From: Takakia lepidozioides
Lineage: Eukaryota; Plantae; Bryophyta
Length of the DNA stretch: 64,000 bases
Reading direction: 5' to 3'
Assembly (NCBI GenBank): GCA_030704615.1
Contig: CM060733.1
Location: 45,880,001 to 45,944,000, forward strand
Below are positions 51,004 through 63,239 of this stretch, piece by piece (positions within the stretch are counted from its first letter, which is position 1; every line of letters starts with the position of its first letter). The position numbers were made by a program, and so were the translations under genes. The notes beneath the pieces are model-generated. The model made no database searches. It was not told the origin of the DNA and saw only the letters and a program-made list of their open reading frames with translations.

Positions 51004-52853
51004 AGCTCCTTTTCACCTTGTAGATGCAGGTTCTAGAAGTACTGTGTATCTTGAAACAGCCTAGTGACAGAGCAGACCTATGTAACCCGAATCCAGGTCA
51101 TTAAGAAATAGGAAGATAATAGCAAGCCTCCCAATTGCAGAGAGAGAGACGAGGGTCTTTGTCATGCAGAGAGAGTAGTGTCTTTTGGAGAGCAGAGATA
51201 TATTCCTTGCTGCCCTTGAAATCTCAGAAAGATAAACATTGTATGAAAATTTTGGATTATTTCTGCACAAATTTGGTTTGCATTTTCATTTTCGTATCTA
51301 CTGTACTTCATAGTGTAAGAGAGTCAATCACAGCAGTTCCTTTTCATATGTGGGGACCTTCTCAAATGTGGGCACTTGATGTATAAGAGGGTTCACCTTG
51401 TCGAACACTATACATGCTATGTAAGCCATCTTGACAATCATTGTTATCTTCCAGTCTATGAAACTGGGATGTTGAGTTGATAATATTGCAAGATCTGATT
51501 TTGTTCAAAGCTTGAAAATCCAAGAAGAAAAGTGGTTTTCCTCTTTTGATACACAAGATCTTAACTTCAAGAGGAACTCTGTTGCTTAGTTCTTACATGG
51601 GTACTTTTTTCATCTTATTGAATGTGGCTTCATCACAGACAAGGTGATGCAGATGCAGATCGTGAGCATGCAGGAACCAACGTGGCAGCGTAAAGCAAGA
51701 TGCACAGTAACAGCTTTCTTGTCTCATAAAGGGCCAGGCCGTTCCAAGGTACAGATTGAGAGTATGATGTGGGTGGCCTGCAGCCAACTGATCTCCAATG
51801 ATGAACTCCAGTAGTCTACCAGGGTCAAATTCAAGAGCTTTGTACTGCAGAGCATGCATGGAGCTTTGTACTGCTTTCCAACAACCTGGGGGCTGCTGCA
51901 AATATCTTGCCTTCCCAGAAGTTCGCGAGGGAAAGATCGCATCATCAAGTTATTGCAAGGATCCATGAACAGAGCCGGTGAGCAAAGTAGACAAGAGTGC
52001 TTGGTTGCAGTTGTGGATCGATCCAGAATGGTGTACTGTAGCATCTTTCTTGGACCCACAGTTGCACGGTAAGACAGGGCAGCGCGCGTGACCTCGTCAC
52101 AGCTGTTGGCCTTGTATTTGCGAGGAATGCTGCTTTCCTAAACGGGTGGTGGGGTCAGGCTTTGGGATGGGACTCTTGGAAGAATGATCGGAGGGAGTGA
52201 CGGAGTGAGAGGCAGGCCTAGTAGCCGGATTGAACATGAAGAGCATGGCTCACTATATCGAAAGAGAAGCAAGCATTCATGAATACTGTCAGGATGATAT
52301 GTGTGCTTACAACCTCCGCTGGCCAAGAGTTTGTGCAAATATCGCTAGGAAGTGACGGATCATGCATCTTCATCAATAAAAAATTTCGATCTGTCATTGC
52401 TCAACCTTGGCTGGCATTGATGATCGGAGTGCACATGTGTAGATTCGGAGTTCCAGAGTTGTGAACATTGAAGGTCTTTCGTGCCTGAGAGGTGATCTTA
52501 CTGGTCCCCTCCGTTTGTTTACATGTCCGCACAGTCCTGTAGTCGGCTTGAATATACCTGAGATACATCTTCAACCCTCTGCATGGAACCCAGGCGGTCT
52601 CAACTATAGTACAGGCGATGAATTATACTTCAGGTGTGCATGAACCCTGCGGTCAAGTGAAGCTCAACTATGGCGAGCAACTTCGTAGAGCTCTTAGCAG
52701 CCCAAATGACATAAGATCAATGGTGGCAATCCCTGCAAGTACTATCGATGAACTTGTTCGCAGCCAGAATTTGCAAGATCCAAAGGAGTGATTTTCAGAA
52801 GTTTGCAGTATTTGATTGAACGCTCGTCTGGCTAGCTTGGCACAGCATACAAC

Positions 52854-55800
52854 ATGGAGGTGCGTAAAAGCTTTGTATCGAATATTCCATACAGAATAAC
52901 AGAAGCTCAGCTGATCAACTTCTTAGAGAAGTTTGTTGGCGAAGGCAAAGTACTTAAAGCTGAAATGCGGATCAGCCGAAAAACCCTTCAGAAGATGGGA
53001 TCGGCAGTTGTACATTTCGAGGATGATGAAGCAGCGCAGCACGCTGTGAGGCTGGCCACTGAGGGCCGACTGGTCCTGCTCGACCGCCCCCTTAGAGTGA
53101 GGGTCGACCGCCTCATTCTCCAAAATCCAGCCCATAATCTGGTTAAACTGGAAGAAGGGCTGTGGTCAATGGGCTCTCTCATCAGAGAGAGTGCTGTGCA
53201 TGTGTTGTGGTCTGTACCCAATGTGGTCACCGAGTTCGACTTCAGTAGACGACGTTTGTGGCACTTGCTGTCCATTGAGGGCAGCTCGCAGGAGAAGCTG
53301 GAGTACAAGTTGGAGTTCCGCTTCAAGTATCTCCATATAATTCATGCTTCTACCATTCGAGGAAGCCGCACCAGGGCGTTGTTGCTCCAGGTTTGGTTGT
53401 CAGATTTCTATTCTTAAGCACATGTTTGTATCAATTGCTTCATGAAATGATGTACATGTGACAATTATTGTACATGTTTGTAAAGGATGTACAGAGAGGA
53501 AGGGAATTATTCCACTTTGGAGAGCTCTCCTATCCCTGCTTCTGCCTAATTGATACAAATCTTGCCTGTCTTGCCCGCTTTCTGTATGTCCAGGATCAGT
53601 CTTACTTGACCTGTGGTCCGCCGGTCAACCGACAGTCCTTTAAGGCTAACAATCTTCAACTTCGTTTTTGCACAGTTATGGAACCCACCACATGTATACA
53701 GACGCAATGCCAGTATGGATTTTATGAACGACCTGCTGATTTCGCTAACTTTGAGCCATGACAGTCTCTTCGAGGAGGACGATTGGGTTAGAGCCAAAGA
53801 TTTCACTCCTAACATGAGCATAGGCCAGTCCTTGGCGTATGTTTTGGAGCTTCCTAATGTGGGAAGCGAGGCAAAGTTTAATGACATTTTCAACAAGCTT
53901 CAAGACTTTCGCTTGGCTGTATATCCCCCTGTGTTTCAAGAACTCAGTCTGCGTGAGGGAAAGCCGTATGCAACACCCCAAGAGCTTGTGCCGACGGTAG
54001 ATCCGTCAGAGGGCATCGACGTGAATTACGAACTCATGTACAAAGTGAATCACCTGGTGCAGCACGGCTTTTTGTCGGGGCCAAGCCTTGATCACAGATT
54101 CTATCAACTGCTTCAATCCAATGTCACCCCCTTGGAGGATGCAAATCTGGCTTTGCAGAGTATCCTAATCTCAGAAGAGGTTTGTTGGGATCCGGTAAAG
54201 TGGGTGGAGCATGAGTTAGCAAGTTATCGAAGTGGCAAGTGGCAAGCACCAAGGTCGGCGTACATCAGCTTGGAAGATGGTTCAATGTGGGTCCTGCGCA
54301 TTCACGTTACTCCGACCAAAATCTACTGTGAGGGGCCTGAGATAGAGGTTTCTAATCGAGTGACTCGTCATTATGCAGATTACATTGACGACTTTCTACG
54401 GGTGTCCTTCATGGATGAAGATTGAGCTAGCATCACCTCAAATGCTCTTGCTGGCCCCTCTAGATTACTAGGACTACGTCCTGAGAAATCGGAAGTTTAC
54501 AAAAGAATTCTGATGGTCTTGAACCAGGGTGTCAGATTGGGAGGGGCAAAATTCGAGTTTCTGGCCTTTTCTTCAAGCCAATTGAGAGAGCAATCTGCTT
54601 GGATGTTTGCTTCAAACCAGTGGCTCAGTGTCCATGACATCAGGGCGTGGACGGGTAACTTTCTAAGCATCCGAAATGTGGCCAAGTGTGCAGCACGCAT
54701 GGGACAATGTTTCTCCTCATCCACACACACACTAGAAGTTAGTGTCCATGAAGTAGAACACCTCCCTGACATTGAGGTAGAAGATGGTTTCCGGAAAACA
54801 AAATATTGTTTCTCCGATGGGATAGGAAAAATATCCAAAACTTTTGCAGTGGAGGTGGCCCAGAAGTGCGGGCTTAGAAGGGTGCAAGGTGTACCCTCTG
54901 CTTTTCAGATCCGCTATGGAGGCTACAAGGGTGTTGTGGCTGTGGATCCAAGATCTGAATTCAAGCTCTCACTGAGGCCAAGTATGTGCAAATTTAAGTC
55001 TGAACACACTGGTCTTGAAGTTCTCAGCTCTACACGATTCCTACCATGTTTTTTGAATCGCCAGATTATAACACTCCTATCCACACTCGGTGTGAGTGAC
55101 AGAGTGTTTCAGGAAATGCAAGACACGATGGTAATACAGTTGGATGCAATGTTGAGAGATGTTGGAGTGGCCCTTGAGGTCTTGCAGGTACACTTCTCGA
55201 GCTCTGATAGAAGATTGACATGGGTTTAGGTTTTTCTAGCATAGCACTGGTGCTTATCTTCCAATTCAACTTTTCACTCCCTTGGCTATGTTTGTAAGCC
55301 TACAGACAGAAACAAAAGTAGCAGCCAGGACTTGCATCAGCTATAACACACAGGACTTTGTGAGAGCCTTCCACTTTGGTATGCCTAACCCTGTAGTATT
55401 ACCCACCATGCTCCAGGTGACATGTGCTGGACCCATACACAAGAAACTGACAGAGATGCTCATTGCTGGCTATCATCCACAGACAGAGCCATATGTGAAG
55501 AGCTTGTTGAATGCTTTCCGTGCCTCGCAGCTACTAAATTTGCACACCAGAGCAAGAATTTTTGTTCCGAAGGGGCGATGTATGATGGGCTGCCTTGATG
55601 AAACATCAACCCTGTGTTATGGTGAGGTCTATTTACAGGTTACACCAACTCCTGGATCTCGACTTCAGATAAATGACGGGATTCAGACATTTTCTAAAAG
55701 GGAATCTGGCAAGAATGGCAGATCATGTGTTGTAACAGGAAGGGTGGTTGTGGCCAAGAATCCATGTGTGCACTCCGGAGATGTTCGAGTTCTAAGAGCC

Positions 55801-57341
55801 GTCGATGTTCCGAGTTTGCATCACATGGTGGACTGCCTAGTCTTTCCACAAAAGGGCCACAGGTGGGATATTGCAGGTGTTTTTTGTGCTAGCTACTTGT
55901 GTTCTGGACTTGCAATATCTCTGGGCGTTCCTTTGCAGATAGTTCTGCAGAAAGTACGAATTGCCAGCTGCTTACCAAGTATGTTATGCAGAGGGCCAGT
56001 TGGGAGAGGGTGATGAGTTGTTGGTGGTGTGAACAGGCCACATCCAAATGAGTGTTCAGGAAGTGATCTGGATGGGGATCTCTACTTTGTGAGCTGGAAT
56101 GTGGGCCTTATTCCTCCGGAGACTGATAATCCGATGGAGTACTGCCCTCCAGAACAAACCACACTGGATCATCCCGTTTCTATTGAGGCAAGTCCTATGC
56201 CCATCCCCTCTTTTGACAGAAGCCTGCAGTGCAAGATGCCACCAGAGACCTGTGCCCGAACAAAAGTTCCAAATGAGGTGACCGATACCAAATTAGAGTG
56301 AGGAACAAATGCTCACTAAGTGTATCTGATTATACTAACTCCAGACTAGGTCGTGGTGCACTCTACTTGTCAAGCAATCGCTGTGGCCAGCGTACCTGAG
56401 AGCACCACAGCAATGCCTTGGTTAGCTTGATAGGAGATCAAGCAAGTCAGCTTGCATGATCGTCTTAAAAGTCACTTATCCATGCCCTACCAACAACTCC
56501 ATAAACTATTGCGAGATAAAGTGGGTGATTCACTGTGCAGGACATTCAAGAGTTCTTTGTGAACTACATGGTGAATGACAGCTTGGGTCAGATTGCAAAT
56601 GCGCACGTAGTACATGCGGACCTAGAGCCTAAAATGGCCCGGAGTGCCAAGTGCGACGAACTGGCCAAACTCTTTGCAATAGCTGTCGACTTCCCGAAAA
56701 CGGGAGTGCCTGCCGTCATACCTCACACTCTCCGGCCTTTGCGGTACCCAGACTTCATGGAGAAGGATGACAAACCAATATACGCCTCAGATCGGGCATT
56801 AGGAAAGCTCTTCCGATCCGTAAAAGAGGCAGCCAGCGAGCGCTTGCCCACCTCATTGATCTCCAGGGAGTTTATTGCAAAGTCCTGCGATCCAGACCTG
56901 AAGGTGTCTGGCTACAAAGATTACTTGGACGAAGCCAGGAAGCACAATTGGTATGATGCAAAACTAATAGGAGTAATGAACCAGTATGGCATTGAAACTG
57001 AGGCAGAGGCGATAAGTGGCAACATACTGTGTCTGTCGAGCCACTTTTTCAGGCGACAAGGGCAGGTCCATGATCGTATCCGTCTGGCTATAAGCTCGCT
57101 CTTACATGAAGCTCGACTATGGTTTGACGCCAACAGTGAGGACGACAATGAGGACGGTGACACAGAGACAGTTGATGACGATAAGTATGCCAAAGCATCT
57201 GCTTGGTACTATGTAACCTACCATCCCGACCATCTCGACATAAAAGAGAAGATACACTTGGTGAGTTTTCCTTGGGTTGTCCACGATGTGCTTCTGCGCA
57301 TCAAGGGACGTGCAAGACCTGCTTCACATGTGTGGCACTAA
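52854..57341 (+). CDS. RDR1/RDR2: RNA-dependent RNA polymerase, RDR1/RDR2 (RDR-alpha) type, with one in-frame TGA at 54423-54425
   Basis: Exons 52854-53390 (RRM), 53676-55187, 55417-55862, 56037-56187, 56541-57341. Motifs SNRVTR, FLAFSSSQLR, ARMGQCFSS, FSDGIG, FQIRYGGYKGV, KNPC, catalytic CSGSDLDGD, AVDFPKTG, KASAWY. Intron positions resemble RDR1/2 as recalled. Confidence 0.93.
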
Positions 57342-57992
57342 GTCTACTTGGAAAGAGCCTCTACTCACCATTCTCTGGAGGCTTGAGCAAGCTTTAGATT
57401 CTGGATTGTTGACTGTAACTGAGATGAGGCCTCTAGATTGGCAGGTGGTGGCATCTCCGAGAAACCCACACTACACAAACAGGTCTCAGAGAGGAATTCT
57501 TTAATTGCGAAACAGATGACCATGACAAGAGGGAGGTTGGACGTTTGGACTTTGGACAATCTTCTCTTCTTTTTTCCTTCTTTTAATTTTGTTTTTTTAA
57601 GGAAACCTGGGAGTGACTGCGCGCAATAAGTTCAGGCCATTGAGGAGGGGGGAAAATTGAATGTGCCTTACGGTATGATCTCAGTTCGATTCTTGACCGA
57701 CAAACGCTACGGCTTGCATTCATTTAGAGAGAAGCCAACAGTTGGGAGCTGTGAAAAAGAGGGAGATGGGCAGTGTGCTGAGATGACTGCAAGTTTCTCT
57801 TCTGAAATCTGGTCAGCTAATATTGCATCTCTAGCGATTTTACCTATATGTAAGTGATCATGTGTACCCACACGCACACATGATTGCGCTATCAGATGGC
57901 AGGTGCCTAACATCATGTTGATGCTTCTGTACATATACCAATTGGGCGGGCAGCTCCTGGGAAAGTTTAGCTCACAGGGCGAGGGCTGGGAT

Positions 57993-58018
57993 GAGAGAGA
58001 GAGAGAGAGAGAGAGAGA
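57993..58018. repeat. (GA)n microsatellite
   Basis: Direct reading. Similar (CT)n tracts at ~17468-17490, 27242-27305 and 27679-27694. Confidence 0.95.
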
Positions 58019-58279
58019 TCAGATATGCCCTAGCGACTCTTGTTGTGGGCAGGGTGGGCGGCGCTTGCGACCATGTTTCTCATGTGTTACACCAACGAGA
58101 ATGGTGAGAGGTGTACACTTTAAAGGTGGGTTGAAGTCTGGATCCTCTTGCAGTCGCCATGAGAGCTGTAAGACTTGTTGTGAAGGTCTTAGATGGGCGG
58201 GTGCCAGCTGATAGCTCTCTTCTGCACTGGTGGTGGCTAAGCGAAGGCCTTGTAGTATCAGGGTTACGTCCTTCAGTGT

Positions 58280-60175
58280 GACATCGTTGCTTTGACCAGT
58301 TGAGACAGGACCATGCATCCTGTATTTCTTGTCAACAGTGCTAGTCGTACTGGTGGTGTTCCGGAGTCGGTCGACTGGTGCAAGTCAGGAGCTTGTGGAA
58401 TGTTTTTGTCTAGATGTTGATGGTGACGGAGGTTAGCATTCTTGGCGGGGTGCTACCTACACAACACGGAGCAGCAAAGCTCATATTTGGGGAGCAGTCA
58501 AAGCTGTAGAATCCTTTGTGAACGTCGCGCAGATTGACGGCGTCCTGTTGATGGCGCTCTTTTTTGTCGGCATACCATGTATAATAAAGGGCCGGTTTGC
58601 ACGAGGGCCTGGGCCCAAGACTAGAGCTTTTGGGCCCACAATTGGGCTGAATGAACTGATTAAAATATTTATTTTAAGGAATTGGGCCCTCTCCGAGTAA
58701 CCTATTGGGTCCAACCCTAAGGCCCAACCTACACTATATCAGCCACTCTCCCGCCCCCTCCACTGTCTCTCTCTTCGCTTCGTGATGTCTCCCATCAAAT
58801 CTTGAATCCCTGAACCATGGAAGCAAGAAGTAATAATATTCCTATAGCCTTGGTCCTCTTCATGGCTTTAGGCACATGATTACGACCATTTTGGCATCGG
58901 AAGAGCATGCCCAGCAGAAGCTCACTAAACTGCCGTGCTATCACTACGCTCGGGAGGCATATGGTAAGGCAGGCAAGTTAGATAGGGCGTCCGCTGCAAG
59001 AGCCCCCAACTCACCATAACCAAAGGGGAGTTATGGAGCAGGCTGAGGTGACCGTGGCCCCGCCGCCTGCCCCGCCACTCGTCATTACGTGTGAGGCTGA
59101 GCGGTAGGTAGGAGGGGAGAATGCCACACACCAAAGGGCAGGAAGATAGCGCAAGAGTGCGACGATTTTTGGTGAGGCTCACCATTTTTAAGTGCTTGAA
59201 GGTGCTGCTGGGGGTCCGCAATCTCGGCGGCCGCGCTATGTTGATGATAGCGTGTCAGATAGAGAGCCTGCTGGGCATGCTCTAACAACTTAGTATAAAC
59301 GATTGCAATATGCTAGATTGTTGATAACTTCATCATGGAAAGAGAAGGTGTAGACAATTTTCGGTGTTCACAGTCACTTAAAACTTCTTGGTGGAGAAGA
59401 AAGGGGCCTCCTTGAAGCGGGGTTGCATATTCCAATGCCCAGGGGAGCGACGTCGTTGCTTTGACCCTTTGGGACAGACCATGCAACCTATACCCTCGTC
59501 CAGTTTTCCAGTTAGCTATGTACATTAGAACTATAATTTGCTTTGCGGTTTCGAGTTAGGGGAACGTTGGAGCAGCAGCAGCGGCCACATATTTTTTGGG
59601 TGTTGAGCATGACGAAGGTTAGTATTCTTGGCGGAGTACTACCTTCACAACATGGATCACTTGCTTGAGCATTCAGAGCTGTAGAATCCTTTGTGAACGT
59701 CACAGATGAACAGCTTCAGCTTGAGGTCTTTTCTTTTCACTTCTGGTGGGAAAGGAAGATCTCCTAGTAGCGGGGTTGCATATTCCATTGCCCTTGGGAG
59801 CGACGTTGTTGCCTTGATCCTTTGGGACAGACCATTCAACCTATATTTCCGTTGGGTTTTGCTAGGTGCCCTGAATAGTAGATCCTATTTTGTTCTATAG
59901 TTTCTGGTTTGCATCTGTAGGGGAGAAGTTAGCGGCTACAAGTTTTGTTTCGATGCAGAAGATGACGAAGGCAGCATTCTTGGCGGAATTCTGCCTCCAC
60001 AACGTGGAGCAGCAGGGCTCACTTACGTGAGCATCAAAGCTGTAGAATCCTTTGTGCACGTCATAGGTGGACAGCTACCTGTTGAGGCCTCTCTTCTTCA
60101 CTTCTGGTGTGGGAGAAAGGACTCCTTGCAGCGGGGTTGCATATTCCATTGCCCTAGGGAGCGACGTCGTTGCCT
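58280..60175. repeat. Diverged tandem array of ~355-bp units (~3.5 copies); first unit interrupted by an ~0.8-kb insertion
   Basis: gctgtagaatcctttgtg at 58504, 59678 and 60039; gcggggttgcatattcc at 59417, 59770 and ~60131; agYattcttggcgg at 58435, 59621 and 59974. Confidence 0.85.
58903..59282. mobile_element. Tourist-like MITE, 380 bp
   Basis: Perfect 15-bp TIR gagcatgcccagcag / ctgctgggcatgctc (GAGCA-type Tourist end). Flanks gaa / taa fit a degenerate TAA TSD. Confidence 0.8.
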
Positions 60176-60649
60176 GAGCGAGTGTTCAACACCTATGCGC
60201 ATCGAATTATGTCACGAATTGCATTGCATTCTAGAATTAGTTGTCAATTTCTACACGAATATAAACTTGTAGTTGGGTGGGGGATTTCATCACGCTTCTC
60301 CCCACGCTTGTGGTTCACACAGCTTCCTTTCTGTAAGCTGTGTGGAGTGAATAATACCTTGCAACTGCAGTTTGGACAGCGTAAGGCCCCGGCCGCACAG
60401 GGCTGCTAGCGCAGAACACCTGCTAACGGCTTAGCAGGCCTGTTTTCGTAACTGCTGCTCCAACTAACACAATCCTTGCCGCACCAAAGTTTTAGCTTAA
60501 CGTGTTTTAGTGCATAATGTTAGTTTAAAATATGTGTGCCTGCCTAGAGGACGCACTTGGGCCTCCATATAGGAGACGCATTGGGATGCATAACAGATCT
60601 TGCACTTGGGCTTAGATGACACTTGACACTTGGGCCAACGCACAGGCTA

Positions 60650-60885
60650 CCCTAGTATACATGATGACACAAGAATTAAGATAGAATTCAAGATCCACCC
60701 ATCAATTTCACTTCTTAAACATGGTAAGAAAAATAATATGCCTCTCAAGTCACTATAGCAAGAGAACCGTACACCATATCCTAACAAACAAAAACCCAAA
60801 TGAGAGAGAGGAGTCCTAAACAAGGTAGCAGGATTTAATCCCACGATCATATGGGGAGTACTGCGCTAACCAACTGAGCCACTAA
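60650..60885 (-). mobile_element. tRNA-derived SINE-like element
   Basis: The minus strand reads agtggctcagttggttagcgca...gatcgtgggattaaatcctgctac: a Pol III A-box and degenerate B-box with the anticodon arm shortened. The 3' boundary is a guess. Confidence 0.55.
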
Positions 60886-60928
60886 TTGTTGGTCCCGGTT
60901 CAATTATTTTAAAAAAAAGACAGCTTGT

Positions 60929-62000
60929 CTACACTTTTGCACCTAAACTAAGACCGCTAACCGAACAATGGTTAACACTCTCGCATTCCTCGGTCCCAGT
61001 TTCTAAGTCAGATGTCCATGTGTGTTGCTTCATGTCATACATCACAACTTTTGGATGGCGTATGCCAGCCCAAATGACTATGAGATTGTCATGGCTCACC
61101 ACGTGAAAATAGTAGTGAAAAGAGTCGAATATGAGCATGGGGGCAGTTGCGAACTCCCTTCTTGCAATCTCCACCCACTTTGGAGTCTTTGTAGAATCTT
61201 TGAACTCCTATTTCTACTACGAGTGGATTTCGACCACGACCCCCAACTAGAAACAGGCGCCCCTCGCTCTCTACAAGCCTTGGACCAGCAGCCAGTAGAC
61301 CATCTCCACCAATTCTAGGCATGTGTATAGCAACTTGAGTCCACATACCGGCACCAATGTCATAAGCCATCAAAGTGGCGGGTTTACAAAACAGAACAAA
61401 GAGAGTAGGGCCACATATCGCACTTCCTGTACAGCACCACCACCATTCACATGCCGCCATCTTTCCAGTCTCGGTCCAACGCTCGCATATTGAGTCATAC
61501 ATGTGTGTTTTCCAAAGTAACTTAGTGTCGTCAATCACAATGATCTTGTAGGTCTTGCTGCGTCTATCCACAATCAAGTGCACCCTGGTCACAACCCGCC
61601 AGTGTCTCAAGGTGGCGATAGGCAGGGCAGGCAATTTTCTGGAACTGTTCAAGAACACAGTCCATGATAAGTCAGCCTCGCCCTCGTCCGTTGTGCAAAG
61701 AAATAAGCCTCCATCTGCAGCACAAACTCTGTATACTAAATTATCTTTCGGGAATTTGTGGCCGATTTTGTGCCAGCGTCGAGTTGTGGGGGTATACAAC
61801 ATGCAAACATGTGTGCATCTGCCAAAAGACAAGACATAGGAGTCTTGGTGAAGAGGGAGGTGCTGACAGAAACTAGCAGTGGATGGGAGAGAATTCCACA
61901 ACTTGCAAACCGACTGAAAGCGGACAAGACTTCGATATGGCAAAAAGGCCAACACTACCATCACTAACTCGAATGGGAGCCTGCTCCAAATCTCCTCCAT
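60929..62000 (-). pseudogene. Intronless F-box protein with kelch/FBA-like beta-propeller, frameshifted near 61208
   Basis: MEEIWSRLPFELVMVVLAFLPYRSLVRFQSVCKLWN (F-box), AADGGL, YDSICERW, PRLVESEGRLFLVGG. Restoring 2 nt at ata|ggag gives IWEF...KWVEIAR and joins ORF 61174-60929 (YDMKQHTW). Confidence 0.8.
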
Positions 62001-63239
62001 ATATCGGAGGCGACAAAACCTCTCCAATTATGTTCTTGTGATCCTAACACGGAGCTTGGGGAAAGAGAAGAAGGGATAGAAAGACGACTTCGAGAAAACC
62101 CATGAGTCACCAACACTAACAAACACACTTGCTATCAAAAGCCTCGCTCATGCTTTTTGCTATTCTGGCACATGAACCTTCTTTGCTAACCATTCACTTC
62201 CCTTTTACTATTTCCAGCCGTGCTTTGTAAGTTAACTGTTTCTGTGGTTTGTGTAGTTTGTACACAGAAACCCTGAAACTGTGTGCGTGCCAAGTAAAAG
62301 TTGGAGTGTTGGAATACACAGACCTTTGTCACAGACACAAGTCATTTGTTCTGGAGAACTGGGGAAGGCTTGCCTGCTGAGTGCCTCATGACCAAGCAAT
62401 GGGAGTCAAACGTACACACAAAAAATTAGATGGAAGTAACTGACATGGTTTTCCCCAGACCTGCAAATGCAAAGTTGTCATGTTTCCTGACGTGGCCATG
62501 CACAGCAAAGTTAGAGAAGCTTGTGAAATTTGCTTCTGCGCAGGTCTTGTTTGGTCCCTTGAGTCCTATGATGTACCTCCGGCTGAGCTCTAAATACTGT
62601 ACTTGGTAACCCAACCTTGAACTCCAACATGCACAAACTGATGTCATGGTGAGGGAGTCTTGCGAATCCAACTCATGAAGAATCAAGCAATAACAGAATA
62701 CCCCAATACAATCACTATGCAAACTAACTTGACTGCCATGGGATTAGATCTTGGTGAGATAAACGCTAGCTTTGACAACATTCATTAGAGTGAAGGGCTC
62801 TCTTTGAAGTGGTACCATGAGAAACGTACAAACATGTCCAAATTCGAAAAACTTATGCACACGGAAGCTCAAATGAATCATGCTCATTCAAAATTGTAGT
62901 CACTTTCATCTTCAAACTTCGAAGAAGCCCCACCATCCACACCACAATCAGAACAGCACTCTCATTTCCTACCCCTATCACCAGAGTCAGTCAGAATTCC
63001 CCCTTCACTAGCTATCTGCTCCAGTCACGAGCAATCATGGGCTGACTTTCCTCCTATGGGCTCTTGGAAGATTGATATAGGCTCCGTAACCGGCCCAACG
63101 AATCATGATTCCTGGTGCCAAATGAAATGCCTCAACAGTGCATCATAGCCAGTATTTCAGGATCAATGGTGGATAAACGAAGTAGATACGCACGTCATGA
63201 AGCAATACACAGCTTGCACCTTTCCAGAAAAAAATAGTT

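Noticed and set aside
51593-52643. ORFs between RRP40 and RDR
   Set aside because: No recognisable protein features on either strand; likely UTR, promoter or decayed repeat.
60825-60883. Possible tRNA gene
   Set aside because: The anticodon arm is truncated, the B-box is degenerate and there is no acceptor stem; treated as a SINE head.
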